DNA from: Octopus vulgaris
Lineage: Eukaryota
Direction of reading: 5' to 3'
Assembly (NCBI GenBank): GCA_951406725.2
Contig: OX597832.1
Coordinates: forward strand, 36,766,001 to 36,830,000
DNA length: 64,000 nucleotides
Shown here: positions 1-13,884 of the stretch, in pieces
How the letters are laid out: every line of letters starts with the position of its first letter
How positions within the stretch are numbered: the first letter of the stretch is position 1
Notes under the pieces: generated by a model
Databases searched by the model: none
What the model saw: only the letters and a program-made list of their open reading frames with translations
What the model was told of the DNA's origin: nothing
Position numbers and translations under genes: made by a program

Positions 1-696
1 AAAGTGTTGGTAATAGTAGTGGTGGTGATGGTGGTGGTAGCTTTTATGAATAATAGTGATGATGATGATAAAGGTAGATAGATGCTGGCAAAATTGTAGT
101 GATGGTTGTGGTGAGGATAGATGGATATTAATATGGCGAGAGGTAATGGTTGGGGTGGTCTTACTAATTCCTTTACTTAATCTTGTAGTTTCTATTTCCA
201 ATTTTCTTAATTATCATTGTTGTCATCATCACCATCATCATCATCATCACCAGTTGTTGTGATGGTTGTGGTATGACTGAAGTACTTTAATTTTCTTGTT
301 AATCTTGTTGTAACTTCTTCCATCTTATTACTCATCATCATCATCATCATCATCACTGGTAGTAGCAGTAGCAGCAGGAGAACCATTACCATCGCCACCA
401 CCACCACCTTCATCATCATCATCATCATCATCACCATCAGTGAACACCATTTATCAGTGGAACATGTTCAGTCACGTAGCAGAGCTCTAAAGAAGGATTT
501 ACTCCAGAGAGGAAGAAGATCTTGCATAATTTCTTCATTAGTTTTTAAGCTACCCCAACACACCATGCATGCTTGCACACACACACACACACACACTTTT
601 ACATACTTAAACATACATGCATACTCACAGACATGCCCATAAATATTTATATATACACACACAAACATATATATATATATATATACATCTACATTA

Positions 697-733
<37 letters not shown>

Positions 734-2221
734 GCTATATTCCTCATTAATATGGACTGATGAAGATGAGAAATAAATGATCTCGCACAGTTTCTTCATT
801 TCTTTTTTTTTTATTCTGCTTCCACTCATGCCCTACCAACCTTTCTCTTTCTCTCTCCCACACACAGGTATATATTGTAATATAACCTATCATCATACCA
901 TCATCTCTTTACATTGTGTTGTGGGGGTGAAGAGAGGAGAAACAGAGGTACTCCCACTCCTTTTTGACTTCATTGTTTTATACTCCTGCCACTAATACAA
1001 CATGTTATTGAGGCTTATTTCCTACTCTAAGAGTTGTTTTGCTAATCCACTTTATAGTGTCTGTCAGGAGCTGAGACGGGGGAAGTGGTGGTTGTGTTAG
1101 TGATTAAAGACCCACATGGCTATAGATACAATCCTTGTGTTCCTCTTCAGGCTAATGCTCTTCTAAAAACCATATTTTATCCCTCTCCTTTGTTCAACAT
1201 ATTGTGTTAATGCATTGTGAAAGCCCCTCCCCCTCTTTTATCTTATACTAATTTGCTATTTCTCCCTCGTGATTCTGCATCTATAATGTTGGTTATTGAC
1301 TGAGGAGGGCAGAGAGAATGAAAGAGGAGGGGTGATGGAGAAAATTGATTCTTGCATCCTCTGAGAATCTTTAGAAAATGGTAATATAAGAACAGTAGGT
1401 AAGGAAATTGCATATAATGGTCTCTGGAACCATTAGTGGAGGAGGTAAGGCACGAAGGATTGCGGTATTCTAAATGTAAGGGATCCCTTTCAATATAAAT
1501 AGATCTTTCGCTATTTATTTCTTCTTAGATAGTAAAACAGACTCCCCAAAATCCTTTGATGGAATGGTTATTAAGGCTAGCTGTATCATAAGACCACCAA
1601 AGATGGAGATAGATTAACAATATCTTGAGAAATTCTTCAGTTTTCTTGAGTCTGTTGCTCCAGGAGACATTTCCTCGGCATTACTTTCTCTAAAACATAG
1701 AATTAAGTAAATATTGTTATATGAATGCCATTTCTGATCTCAGAGAATGAAGAATTCAATGAAAGATATACAGCTAAAATATTGAGTTGTGTTGGACAAT
1801 GTTGTAATTGTTGTTGTTGTTTGGCTCCAGCTTAGTTACAGTCCTGCTTACCAATGATATCAAAAATATTCCAGCTATGACAATCCTATTTTCTTTTTTT
1901 TTTTTCCTTTTCTTTTTGGCTTTTCAAACATAGAATATCTTGAATTACATAACTCCAAGTGACTTTCATTTTCTTCAGAAAATGTAATTTGAGAGTAATT
2001 TAGTTGTTCTTTCTAGCCATCCAAGTGGCCACATAACAGTTCCTATGAGCTACCGTCTGTGATTCGGGTGATGTCTTCTAGAAGTTTGAATGAGTTTTCC
2101 AACTGGAGTTAGGGATTGATAAAATAGTACCCGTTTAGTACTGGGGTCAATTTAATCGACTAACCTTCTCTCCCAAAAATTTCAAGTGATTTGTAGAAAG
2201 GATTATTATTATTAAGTGTCT

Positions 2222-2291
2222 CCTATTATAACCTCAGGCCCAACAAAGCCTTGTGAGTGGATTTGGGAGAGGGGAAACTCGAAGAAGCCTA

Positions 2292-2376
<85 letters not shown>

Positions 2377-2575
2377 ATGTGTTTGTCCCCCACAACCGTT
2401 TGACAACAGATGTCGGTTTGTTTACATCTCTGTAATATTAGTGGTTCAGCAGAAGAGACTAATTGAATAAGTACCAGGCTTAAAGAAAAAAGTTCTGAGA
2501 TTGGTTTGTATGATTAAAGAAAAGAAACCCTTCAATGCATTGCCTCAGCTGGCCATAGCAAGTAAAAAGATAAAG
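2222..2575 (+). mobile_element. 3' part of abundant SINE family (same as 13885 and 51160) with internal CT/TA/GT microsatellite
   Basis: Shared blocks gccttgtgagtggatttgg, gacaac..atg..ggt.tgtttacat and aataagtaccaggctt with the copies at 13885-14250 and 51160-51600. Confidence 0.7.
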
Positions 2576-2667
2576 AAAAATTATATATTTTTGTTAGCAA
2601 AGACTTGGAAGTTTTAACAGTGGTCAGCTTCATGATATATATATATACATACACTACATCCTATTGT

Positions 2668-2970
2668 CCGGCTCACAATCATGTGGTAGTGAGTTCGATT
2701 TTCAGACAGGGCTGTGTGTTGTGTTCTTAAGCAAGACCCTTTATTTCACGTTGCTCCAGTTCACTCAGCTGTAGAAATGAGTTGTGATGTAACTGGTGCC
2801 AAGCTGTACTGGCTTTTGCCTTTCCCTTGGATAACATCAGTGGTGTGGGGAGGGGTGGCTGATATGCATGGGCAACTTCTGGCCTTCTATAAACAACTTT
2901 GTCCGGACTTTTGCCTGGGAGGGGAACTTTCTAGGTACAATCCCATGGTCATTCAAGATCAAAAGGCATC
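2668..2970 (+). mobile_element. tRNA-derived SINE with CORE-like middle, same family as 38913-39250
   Basis: B-box gagttcgatt; tgtgttgtgttcttaagcaagac..tttatttcacgttgctccagttcactc; tail aggtacaatcccatggtcattca. Confidence 0.75.
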
Positions 2971-3155
2971 GTTATTTTCAATCTCCAAGACCAACATAAT
3001 TCCTTATTAATAGACCGGATCTAACCTACACTCCATCAATACATGTTTCACTCTTGTCTGCATCAGTACCCCAGGCCCACCCCTATTATGTGAATCACAC
3101 AAATACATTGATGTCTCATTTATTCATATATTGTTGTTGTTGTTGTTATGTACAG

Positions 3156-3280
3156 GGCAATACAGGATTGGGGTTCAGCATTGCTGGAGGTAGCGACAAC
3201 CCCCACATTGGAGAAGACCCAAGTATCTACATCACCAAAATTATACCTGGTGGAGCAGCTGCTGCTGATGGCCGGCTAAG
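3156..3280 (+). CDS. dlg1: Discs large (DLG/PSD-95 family MAGUK) coding exon, N-terminal part of PDZ1
   Basis: tacag|GGCAAT acceptor and CTAAG|gtaagc donor; 125 nt, phase 0 to 2; encodes [41 protein letters not shown](R), the DLG PDZ1 signature with its GLGF loop. Confidence 0.96.
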
Positions 3281-3890
3281 GTAAGCATTCCCCTGTAATA
3301 CCTGTCACTAGTGATGGTGGCAGTGCTGTTCATACATTTGTTGGTTGCATTGTTCTAGCTGTTCTTATTGTGTTTCTCCTACTGCTTTTGTTGTTCTTTA
3401 TACCCAGGTCAACCTTGTCTAAACTGTGACCAAAGGAGATTTGGTTGCTATATCTAGCAATTCAGGTGACCAGTAGCTTTGTTTCTACAGAAACTATAAT
3501 GGTGGTATAGTTTTCATTTTCTTTGGCATTTTGCAAGTGTTAGGTGAGAAGAGAATCTAGATCTGAAGTTCATTGGTTAAGGAAATGTCATACATCCAGA
3601 TGTTGTGAGGTCTCTGTCTATCAGTGTGGTGCATAGAATCACTTAGGGAGACACCAAGATGGATGGATGAATTACTGGAAGATAAAGTTCAAAACAAACT
3701 TTAATTGTATGGTTTCAGGTTCAACTCTAACATGCAACAATTTGCACAACTGTTTTCTACAGTAGATTCTGGCTGATTCAAGTCTTGTGAGTGGACTTGA
3801 GTAGATGAAAACTGAAAAGAAGTTTGTTATATATATATATATATATATATATTTAAAAAAAGGAGATGTGGAACACGAGTTGTGATATAT

Positions 3891-4190
3891 AAGAAAATGC
3901 TGACAAAATAATTTAAGTAAGGGAGAGTGTATTTAATTAGGTGAAAGTTCTTTTTACCGGTTGCGCATTTGTTATGCTTATCAAAAGATATTTTTTTAAG
4001 AGAGATAGAGTTCCTTTCTGATAGATTTTTTTCTCTTATCTGATAAGAGAAAAAAATCTATCAGAAAGGAACTCTATCTCTCTTAAAAAATATCTTTTGA
4101 TAAGCATAACAAATGCGCAACCGGTAAAAAGAACTTTCACCTAATTAAATACACTCTCCCTTACTTAAATTATTTTGTCAGCATTTTCTT
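3891..4190. repeat. Near-perfect 300-bp palindrome (150/149-bp arms, 1-nt centre at 4041)
   Basis: aagaaaatgctgacaaaat...ctcttatc-t-gataagag...attttgtcagcattttctt; only one homopolymer-length difference seen; flanked by (TA)n. Confidence 0.95.
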
Positions 4191-6039
4191 CATTTCCTTT
4201 TTATTTATATATATATATATATTGTGTGTGTGTGTATATATACCTCTGTTTGTGTATATATGTTTGTTTACAAAAGTGCTTCATCAAATTTCTCAAGCTG
4301 AATATTGTTACTTATTTCAACAACTTATCAACTGATTTTGCATCTTTGAAGATGTCTGAATAGGATATTCCTTACTTGAAAATCCTTTGGGTTTGTGAAC
4401 TGGAAGACATCTGACTGTAAAACAATGCCTCAATAGTTCCTTCACCTAATCCATGTTAGTATGGGAAAATGGACATAAAATTCAATGAACAAATGGATGT
4501 ATGTGTATGTACACACACACACACACATTCAATAGATGGATAGGTAGGCATGTGTTGCACAGACTTATCAGTATATATGTATATCTTACACCCACACACA
4601 CGTGTTCATATATATTAGATAGATAGGTAGGTGGGTGGGTGGATGGATGGATATACATACTACTATTGGCAGAAAATCTCATTAGTTGGAAAGAAAGAAA
4701 ATATTCCTTCATGCTTCCCCATTGTCTTCAAATGAAGAATTCAAAAGTGACTTAAACACATTAAATGATGTTTAAAATATAAGCTGCTTGCAATTTTCTC
4801 TGCTGCAGAACGTGAACATCTGTGGAATGTTTCAATAAAATTATTTGCTACTTATGTAAGCAAAGAACATAGATTAGCCGACGCTGCTAACTTGTCTTCT
4901 AATTCTTCCTTATCTAAATCGAAAATAAACCAAAGAACACTTAAAATAGAAAAAGAAAAGTCTATATTCAATTTGCAAACTTCAATCTTGAGATCGAAAC
5001 ACTTTGCATTTATATTTACTAAAATATTTTGATATAATTTGTTACATTTTACTTTCCACTAATAGTCAACACAACAGACAATTTCTAGATGTATTTTCTA
5101 GTTTGAAAAGCAAGACCATATTAATATATATGTATATATCCGTGCATACATGGTGATTGCTCCATTTTCACAGATGATTGTCATCTCCTTGTGCTTCTTT
5201 ATTGTCAGTGGCATTTCTGACTTTCCATCCATGACCTTGCAGATGACTATCCAGTCCCATTACAGATCTGCATAGTTTGAAGCAAAGGTGACCAACAAAA
5301 GTTGTAACTTATTGTGCACTTCCAAGTGGTTAGATGTTGCCACTCTTCCATCACTATAGGACCTTCAGTGGATGGAATGACAAATGAGGTTACCATAAAG
5401 AGACACCTGTACATCATTATAATGACAAGTATTTGTACAACATGAATACCACCCTCTGAGTCTGTAATTAGTACCTAGTGACTGGCCAAAGTGAGATGAC
5501 ATGTAATCACATGAAACTGCAGGTTTTACGTCAGTGTCCCTTTCCTAGAAGGATGCTCTCTCAACAATTAAACGTCCTTCACTTCCAGTGGTTTTACTGC
5601 ATACCCTGACACCAAATAAGATTATTTCTGCATCCCCATGCTCAGATGGAATGTCATCCCATATGCTAGTTAATCCATAGCTAGGACCCTAAGAGGTGCT
5701 ACTATTTTGGGTTTGAGTAGAACTAGGAACAGCAGTGGCTTAGGGGTGGTTAATACCTCTCCTGAATGAAGTTTAAGCATACACACACAATCACTCACAC
5801 ACACACACACACACACACATGATGGGTAACAAGAAAAATGGTTCCAAGGAGTGGTATATCTGGAAGTGCAAAAAGGGGGAAATTCTCTCCTCATATAACT
5901 ACAGCTGTTGAAGTAATATGGCCTTAGTTAGAAGGGTGTGTCTTATGAAGATGAATTGTGGGCAAGGCTTCACAGGAACAGATTGGGGTGCAGGACCATA
6001 TATATTAACACTGTGCTTTTAGGACTTAATATTTGCAGA

Positions 6040-6430
6040 GATGGATGGGTCTCCTTGAGCACAGCAATTTCTCAAATAACTCAGTCCTTTGTTGTCATCC
6101 CCATTTGGGTTAGCAACTTGAATTCAGTATTCACGATTTTGTCTCGCATCTTCCTAGGTCTCCCTCTTCTATGAGTTCCATCCATATTTAGTGATTAGCA
6201 CTTATTTGTGCAGCAGGCTCATCCATCTGCGCCACATGATCATAACAGTACCGTCTTCTCCCTTACACACGGATGCTTTTATGTTCAGTGTTTCCTCTCA
6301 ACACTGGACATGCACGTAGATGTTGCACATCTAGTGGAACCTACTTGCTTCATATCTTTCTAGTCTTCACATGTCCTTTTCCAATCGTGGGCCATATCTC
6401 ACTATGACGTAGCATTGCTGTTCATACACA
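6040..6430 (-). mobile_element. RTE-clade LINE 3' remnant
   Basis: Minus-strand fragments RTAMLRHSEIW, RRRYCYDHVAQMDE and GTHRRGRPRK resemble the RTE ORF2 C-terminus (YGSETW, LRWYGHVxRM, RxRGRPRKTW); frameshifted. Confidence 0.7.
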
Positions 6431-7323
6431 CGCATTATGTGTGTATACGTATCCGTTTATATATTCATGTGTAAATGCGTGTGTGTGTGTATCTGTACCA
6501 ATGTATACATATACATCTGTATGTGTGTGTGTTTAGCTTTTAAAGCTTAAGTCAAAACGAGAGTTGGTAATATGTTGTAAATACTCATGCGATAGGATAA
6601 GAATTGGTGAGTTTTTTATGATTTTCATTCCACTTGGAAACCAGAATGAACATTTTTAAAAAAATTTTTTCTTTATATTTTTATTTTACAAATTTCAATT
6701 TGTTCAGTCTATTTTAAGAAAACTTGGATTTTTATTTGGCTGTTTTATTTGTCTTATGAATATACCTTCCTATCTAAAATATTTTCTGTTTATAAAAAGT
6801 ATTATAAGCTTCAAAGAAGCTAGATTTGCTCTCAAAATACCATCTTCAAGGACTGTTCTCTCATTAAACATGATTCACAACACTGACTCCAGTTTTTGTG
6901 TCCGATGAATGAAGTCATTATTAATGTGGTTCGCCTCTATAGAAATCGGTAAGATCTGCTTAGCAGCACTCATCATGCTCTGTGAATCCAGTTTTTTCTA
7001 CCACAGGCCAACCGTCCTTGCTGGTATTTATTCTTGCACTCTAAAGTTCTACCTATTACTCTCTTTCACTTAAAATATTTAATCAAACATCAAACTAGAT
7101 AGAATGGCAGAAAAATTTTATTATTTTATTATTGAAATCACAACTTTATCACATTGCTATAGAAACACTGTGTGGGGTGAGGCGGGAGCTTGTGTACACA
7201 TGTTTGTTTCTGTTTATATGTACAGAGATGTGGGTGTGTGTGTCTATATATCTGTATGTCTGTATAAATTATATATATATATAGATATAGATATGTGTGT
7301 GTGTATTTGTGTATATAGTTAAT

Positions 7324-7895
7324 CCAAACATGAAAACACAGAACAAGTATAGTGTTATAGGATGCTCAAGGAGGCGCAATGGCCCAGTGGTTAGGGCAGC
7401 GGACTCGCGGTCGTAGGATCGCAGTTTCGATTCCCAGACCGGGCGTTGTGAGTGCTTATTGAGCGAAAACACCTAAAGCTCCATGAGGCTCCGGCAGGGA
7501 TGGTGGTGATCCCTGCTGTACTCTTTCACCACAACTTTCTCTCACTCTTACTTCCTGTTTCTGTTGTACCTGTATTTCAAAGGGCCAGCCTTGTCACTCT
7601 CTGTGTCACGCTGAATATCCCCGACAACTACGTTAAGGGTACACGTGTCTGTGGAGTGCTCAGCCATTTGCACATTAATTTCACGAGCAGGCTGTTCCGT
7701 TGATCGGATCAACCGGAACCCTCGTCATCGTAACCAATGGAGTGCTTCCACATATAGGATGCTCAGGAAAGGAAGGAAAGAAGCAAGATTTTACATTTCG
7801 AGCGGAGCTCTTCATCAGAAACATAGAAAAAGGAAAGGTCCAAGGAAGGGAAGACGGAGAAAGAAAATCGCCAACGATACACACGCGGTCACATA
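7324..7895 (-). repeat. Short repeat carrying a hammerhead-like core (Penelope pLTR-like), interrupted by the SINE
   Basis: Uninterrupted paralog at about 23889-24090; minus strand reads CTGATGA-AGAGC-TCC-GCTC-GAAA. Confidence 0.65.
7369..7752 (+). mobile_element. Full-length tRNA-derived SINE with 13-bp target-site duplication
   Basis: A-box tggcccagtgg and B-box-like gtttcgattccc; TSD tataggatgctca at 7356-7368 and 7753-7765; retains many CpGs. Confidence 0.9.
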
Positions 7896-9103
7896 TTGAA
7901 TGACCAGAAGGGAATGGGTGAAGAAAAAGTTCTTTCAAAGACAGGAGAGTGCAAGAGGAGGAGGTATGTGTGTGTGTGTATGTATGTGTATGTGTATAGA
8001 TGTGTGTGTATATATATATATATATATACATGTGTGTGTGTGTGTATATATGTTTGTATGTATGTGTGTATGTATATGTGTGTGCATGTCTGTGTGTACA
8101 TACACACACACACATATATATAACCTTCAAAGAAACTAGATTTGCACATAAAAAACCATCTCCAAGAAATCTTTTCTCATTAAATATGATAAAACATGCC
8201 AAAAACGACAGGAGAGCTTAGTGCAGTCTTATGATTTGTCAGTTCCTGTCAAACTGTCCGACCCATGTCAGCATGGAAAATGGACATATGATGATATATA
8301 TACATATATATATATATTATCAAGTTTATGTTCAGTTAAATGAAGGAAAGAAAATGGAGAGTTAAGATAATGATTATTTATTATTAAAAAATTGGTAATC
8401 TTTATTTCTTACAGCCATTCCTATTAGTGCTGAATAGGTAAATTACAAATTTATGCTTTAAATTTGTGTTTATGTTATGAACGTGATTTCATCAGAGAAA
8501 TACATTAAGATATTACATGCAAACCTTTTCATTCATGCAAGCAGACTAAATAAGGAGTTGTTTTTTTATTGTTCTGTGTGGGTGAAGGGTTAGCAAATCA
8601 GTTAGAAAATAATGGGTGATAAGGTAAAGAATAAGATAGAATAAAATAAAAAGTAAATAAAGTGAAAATGGGAATAGAATAAAATGAAGAAAATTGAAAA
8701 TAAATAATATAAATGTAAAATAAGTAACAGAAATAAAATATCCATTTATGAGGTATATGTATAAAAAAATGTGTAAGTACATAGACATTAATAGTCATTT
8801 ACGTATATGAAAAACAAAAACATACAGATCCAAAATTAATGAATCAATGCCCATTGGTGGAGGAAATTTTAAATTTGAGTGTATGCAGAATAGCATCTCC
8901 AGAGGGAAATGTATCTAGTCATAACAGTTATTCTAATACACACACACACACAAACATACTCGCATATATACATGTATATGCAAATATGCATACTTATTCA
9001 TACACACACACACACACACTACTACTACTACTAAAATTAGGGATGATGAGTAAGAAAGCCATATCTATAAACTACAATGTTTTTGTTTTGTGTGTTGTTT
9101 CAG

Positions 9104-9206
9104 GGTTAATGATATCATTGTGAAGGTTAACGATGCCAACGTTGTGAACGTCTCTCATCAAACTGCTGTTGAAGCACTGAAGAAGGCTGGTACCAGAGTT
9201 GTCTTG
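9104..9206 (+). CDS. dlg1: DLG coding exon, C-terminal part of PDZ1
   Basis: tttcag|GGTTAAT acceptor and GTCTTG|gtaagt donor; 103 nt, phase 2 to 0; (R)VNDIIVKVNDANVVNVSHQTAVEALKKAGTRVVL continues in frame from the 3156 exon. Confidence 0.95.
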
Positions 9207-9751
9207 GTAAGTTCACAAACAACTCCGTCGTCATTCACATTTCACTACAAACTGGATAACTTTTGCCTCTCTCCCTCTCACATATTTGATGTTCTTGTCT
9301 TCCCATTTACACCTGAGGTTATGGTAAAAGACTTTGTAGATGCCAAGCAATGAGATCAAAAACTTGGTCTCATCATCATTTAGCAAACTTAAACCTTTTA
9401 ACCATGCTACACACATACATACACACATGTACAATTATATAAATAACTCAGTCATGGTCATAGGATTAAGAATTCTTCTTTGTAAGGTGGTTCCAAGTTC
9501 AATTCTACTGCATGCCATCTTAGGCAAGTGACTTGAACCACAGTGTCAAGTTGACCCCTAAGCCTTATGAGTAATAGTGATGAGATGGAAACTACTGAGG
9601 CATAGAAGGAGGGAGCGAAAGTGTGTGAGTGGGTGGTTGCGAAAGTGTGTGACTAGGTATTGCAGTCAATATGGTTAGTTACAAAATTTTGAAGGCTGCA
9701 CCCCAGCATAGCTGCTTACCCATATCTAAACCAGCAAAAGAAAATTCTTGC

Positions 9752-10989
9752 ATGCACACATAACAGAAGTAAATAGACACCCTTATAATCATTAAAATTT
9801 ATTTAAATCTGAAATTATACATTCAGATTATGTATTAGTTGTTATAATGTGAATATTTAATATTTAGTAGATATACCCTTTACATTTTTCAATGCAAGGA
9901 TCCTGTTAGGCATGTTACTGATAAGATGGTAAATGTTCTCTTGCGGAACTTCTTGCTAAGTTTCATGCTTTGAGGATGCTTTCTTTTTTGTTTTTATGAA
10001 GTGTCCTGTCCATTATGTCCCAGAGGTGTTCAATAGGGTTCATATCTGGTGACTGGCTTGGCCATGGAAATTTTTTAATGCCATTCTCATTCAACAAATC
10101 TTGGGTCATTTTAGCTGTGTGACATGGAGCCCCATCTTCCATAAATAAAGAGTTTTCTTTAATCATTTCACCACCGGAGAAGGCTGGAAGGAATCCTTTC
10201 AGCAGTATGGATGTACATTTATCCGAGTTTATGTTTCTCTCACACTCCACCAGCTCTGATTGACCATTGCTCCAAATAGCTTCCCAGGCCGTCACAAAAC
10301 AGCTGCCTTGTTTCATTGTTGGCAGCAATCTTTTCATGACAAGATCTTGATCACAGACTCTCCAGACCCACACTCAACCACTGTCAGAAAATACAACAAA
10401 TCTGGACTCATTGGAGAAAATGACGATGTCCTAAAATGTTAGTGGCCACTCCATTGTCTCACTGACCCAATCTTTTCTCAACTTGATATTGACTGGTCAA
10501 AGAAGTGGCTTGCTTCTTGTTGCTCTGCCATAGTAACCAAGTTTGTGGAGATACCTGACAGCTGTTCTGAGACTGATATTGTGTTCTGCAATATCAGAAT
10601 CCTTGCAACAACAATTATCCTCCACATATCTCTTAACGAAGAGAAGGGTCCTGTCAAAGGGTCCCGGTTGATCTGGCTGAGATGATGTGGACTCCTTCCC
10701 CTCTCTGGTGAATTGCACAATAATTCTATAAATTGTAGAATACAGGATTCCAAGGTTTTCTGCAATTTTACGCTGACCATGTCCACCTTCAGATTGACCC
10801 ACAATATGGCCTCTTTGAAATTCGGACAGTTCCAAGGCTTCTCTTGTACATGGCATCATAAAACAGTCATACAGAGAACTTGAAACATAAAAATGTCAAT
10901 TAATAAAATCTATAAACTGTTACAAGTTAGAATAAACATAAAATGGAGTAGTTTTATGGGGTGTCTCTTTACTTCTGTCATGTCCATTG
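9752..10989 (-). mobile_element. Tc1-family DNA transposon with frameshifted transposase (DD34E)
   Basis: ORF 10497-10859 ([15 protein letters not shown]) and ORF 9963-10373 (FMEDGAPCH...WPSQSPDMNPIEHLW, 34 residues between D and E); TIR cores 9758-9782 and 10959-10983 match at 23/25. Confidence 0.92.
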
Positions 10990-11547
10990 ATATACAAGAG
11001 TTATAGAATGGAGTAACTGGAATTATATAATCTCATTCATTGACTTTCATCACAGACAATGAATGTGCTAACTCTTGTATTCTTTTTCGCACACTTGGCA
11101 ACCCTGGTTGCCTACCGAAGAATATAAAAGGAACTTTTTTCAGTTCATCATTCTTCGATAAAAGAAAATAAATTCACAAACTTTCATCTCAATAAAGCAC
11201 TATTGTTCTTGAAAGATTTTTTTGTATTTACTATGGATTGCTTGAAGCTAACTTTCTTCTTACATCTCGATCCCTAAATCTGATATATATATATAAAAAT
11301 TTCTTATAATTATGAGTTAATTATAATTAGGGTTCAGCAAAAAATTTGCTTCTCCACATAGCGAAATTTAGAAATAGCAGCCAAAACTAGCTATTTCTCT
11401 ACCATAAGAAAATCTTCTGCTGAAGCCTAATTATAAGAATTTTTGCTTAAGTTTACCGATAATTGTTCTTTTAACATACCAAACTACTTGGTAAAATTAT
11501 TAATTATTAATTAATTAATTTTTACCCTTTATTATTATTGATTATAT

Positions 11548-11578
<31 letters not shown>

Positions 11579-11589
11579 CATATACATAC

Positions 11590-11669
<80 letters not shown>

Positions 11670-12181
11670 AAGAACAGGAGTCATGCATTCATTGTTTGTG
11701 ATGAAGCTGTGTCTTACTGTCATTCACTCCTGAGAGTACAATCTTGTGTAGAGGAACCAACTGTAAGCTAATGAATGTGATTATATAACTCCTGTTCTTT
11801 TGTCATTTGTCAATATTACACTCTGTACTTCTGATTTCTGTAGAATTCCAGAGGTGAGGACATTCATGCTACCTCCCCACTGGAACTTAGAAATATTATA
11901 CACTATACATCAACTGGTTGATTTTTGGTCTCACTATATCTAAGCAGAATTATAATACACACACACACACACACTTTTTATCAAAGCTGTTCGCTTGACA
12001 GTTGTGGTCAGTATGACCACAACCGTCTGACAAGCAGTATTGTGAAACTCTGAGTAACAGTCTGTGAAAATTTTTTGCAGCTTTAATAAAATGCCTATAA
12101 CTCTATCTTTGGTAATCAAGTACTAATTTTTCCACTTTGTTTTTTATTTATGTGCTTACTTGTGCATGTATGTATTTGTAA

Positions 12182-12241
<60 letters not shown>

Positions 12242-13189
12242 ATATACCAACACACAGTTAAATACATACTTATGCATGAGTATCTTCACACACACACACT
12301 TGAGTGCATGCACATGAATAAATGTTATCTTCTGTATATACTCACTTGAAACAGACTATTGTTTAATAATTACCTGACTGGCAGGTGTGTTCAGGTGTCA
12401 AAATATATTGTTGTTGTTGTTGTTGTGGTGGTGGCGTTGGTGACTGGCCAATTTCACAATTGTTCAAACATACTTGATGGAATCGTCAATAATTAATTTT
12501 AATCTTCATTCAATTTATTCTACCTTAAATGCAAGCGGATTTAGTGCATTGGTGATGAAAAATTTTAATCTAATCAACCATTTTAATTTTTTGGCAATTT
12601 TTGTGGGTTTTGTTGTTGTTTTCTTTTGCATTCTGTTTTTCTCCATGTATATTCAGTTGTTATTATTATTATTAACCTTTGCTCTGAGTACAGTGCTATG
12701 TTTTTCATCCACTAAGTTTTGTCAAAACCATTAATTTATTTGCCTGATGAGGATTTTGTTACCACATGTTTTATTGTAGATTTTGTTGCAGAACTGGGCG
12801 GGAGCAAAGAGACGGTGGGGTTGATTTACTTGCCTAAGCAGTGGGGCAAAGGCTTGAAACAGCCACATTATATTAAAAACTTTTTGTTTTCAAAAGAGAG
12901 TAAACAAGAGAGGTGAGTATGAGTTACAGGAGGAGGAAGAGAATGAAGTGTGGAATGTGGTGATGGTGGGAGAGGCAGTGGTTGAATTGACAGCTAAAGA
13001 TCAGTTCCTTCTACCATCACCATCACCATTGAGCAAGGATTCATAAAGCCAGCAGCCACATCAAGAAAACTTTCTTAGCTGCTCTTTGCTATATTCATTC
13101 ATTTGTTCACTTTGATAACCTACACAAAATCAACAGCTTGCCTGTGTTGCATTATCCAAAAGTTAACTTCTAAAACTTGGAATTTTCCC

Positions 13190-13330
13190 TGAATTGAGTA
13201 TACCACAAGGATCCCCTATTACTTACATTTACCCTTTCCAGCCTGTTACTAACTACACAATCTACCTGTACCTCGTCAAAACATACAGACACCGCCATAT
13301 ACAGATGACATCACTCTCATATACTTAAAC
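13190..13330 (+). mobile_element. Very decayed non-LTR reverse transcriptase remnant
   Basis: IPQGSP and YTDDITL fragments resemble RT motifs GVPQGS and YADD at plausible spacing. Confidence 0.5.
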
Positions 13331-13471
13331 TATTCTCCAATGCTGCATCAGTCACCAAGAAGCCTGATCCCAGAACAACAGGCTTAAAGAAGCACCCACC
13401 AAATCCACTGCCTCCCTTATTAATCAGCAGTGCCAGATTACAGCAGAAGCAGCTTGTTTTAAACACTCAGC

Positions 13472-13507
<36 letters not shown>

Positions 13508-13884
13508 AGAATATTAGGCACCATTGTATGCAAACTCAACTCAACATTCACAGAACTACGAAAAGACACCATCATTATCATTTGACATTTGTTTTACCAT
13601 TCTGGCATCGGTTGGACAGATTGGTGGAGTTGGTAAGGCCAGGGGCTGCACCAGGTTCCATTATCTGTTCTGGCATGTTTTATTTCTACAGCTAGATACC
13701 TTTCTTATACACAAATATACTGAAAGCAATCACAGCTACCGTATTTAGATCCAGCGACAGCTTTAGTGTGTAAACAATACATTATCAATCATGGAAATGC
13801 CAGTCCTGCCTTGGATCCCAATCTCTCCACAGTGAACCACTGGAAATTACAAGGCAAAAAAAAACCCAGAAAAACAAAGCACTG

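Noticed and set aside
56-776. Poly-His, poly-Met and CV/YI/HT-rich ORFs here and throughout the ORF track
   Set aside because: They are translations of (CAT)n, (CA)n, (TA)n, (CT)n and (ATT)n microsatellites with no domain features
1-3155. Expected upstream exon encoding the first PDZ1 strand (EEITLER-like) or a promoter
   Set aside because: No convincing match with splice sites; presumably upstream of the window
7369-7445. tRNA-like sequence with A and B boxes
   Set aside because: It is a SINE head: it continues into a repeat body, has a TSD and a related copy at 31636
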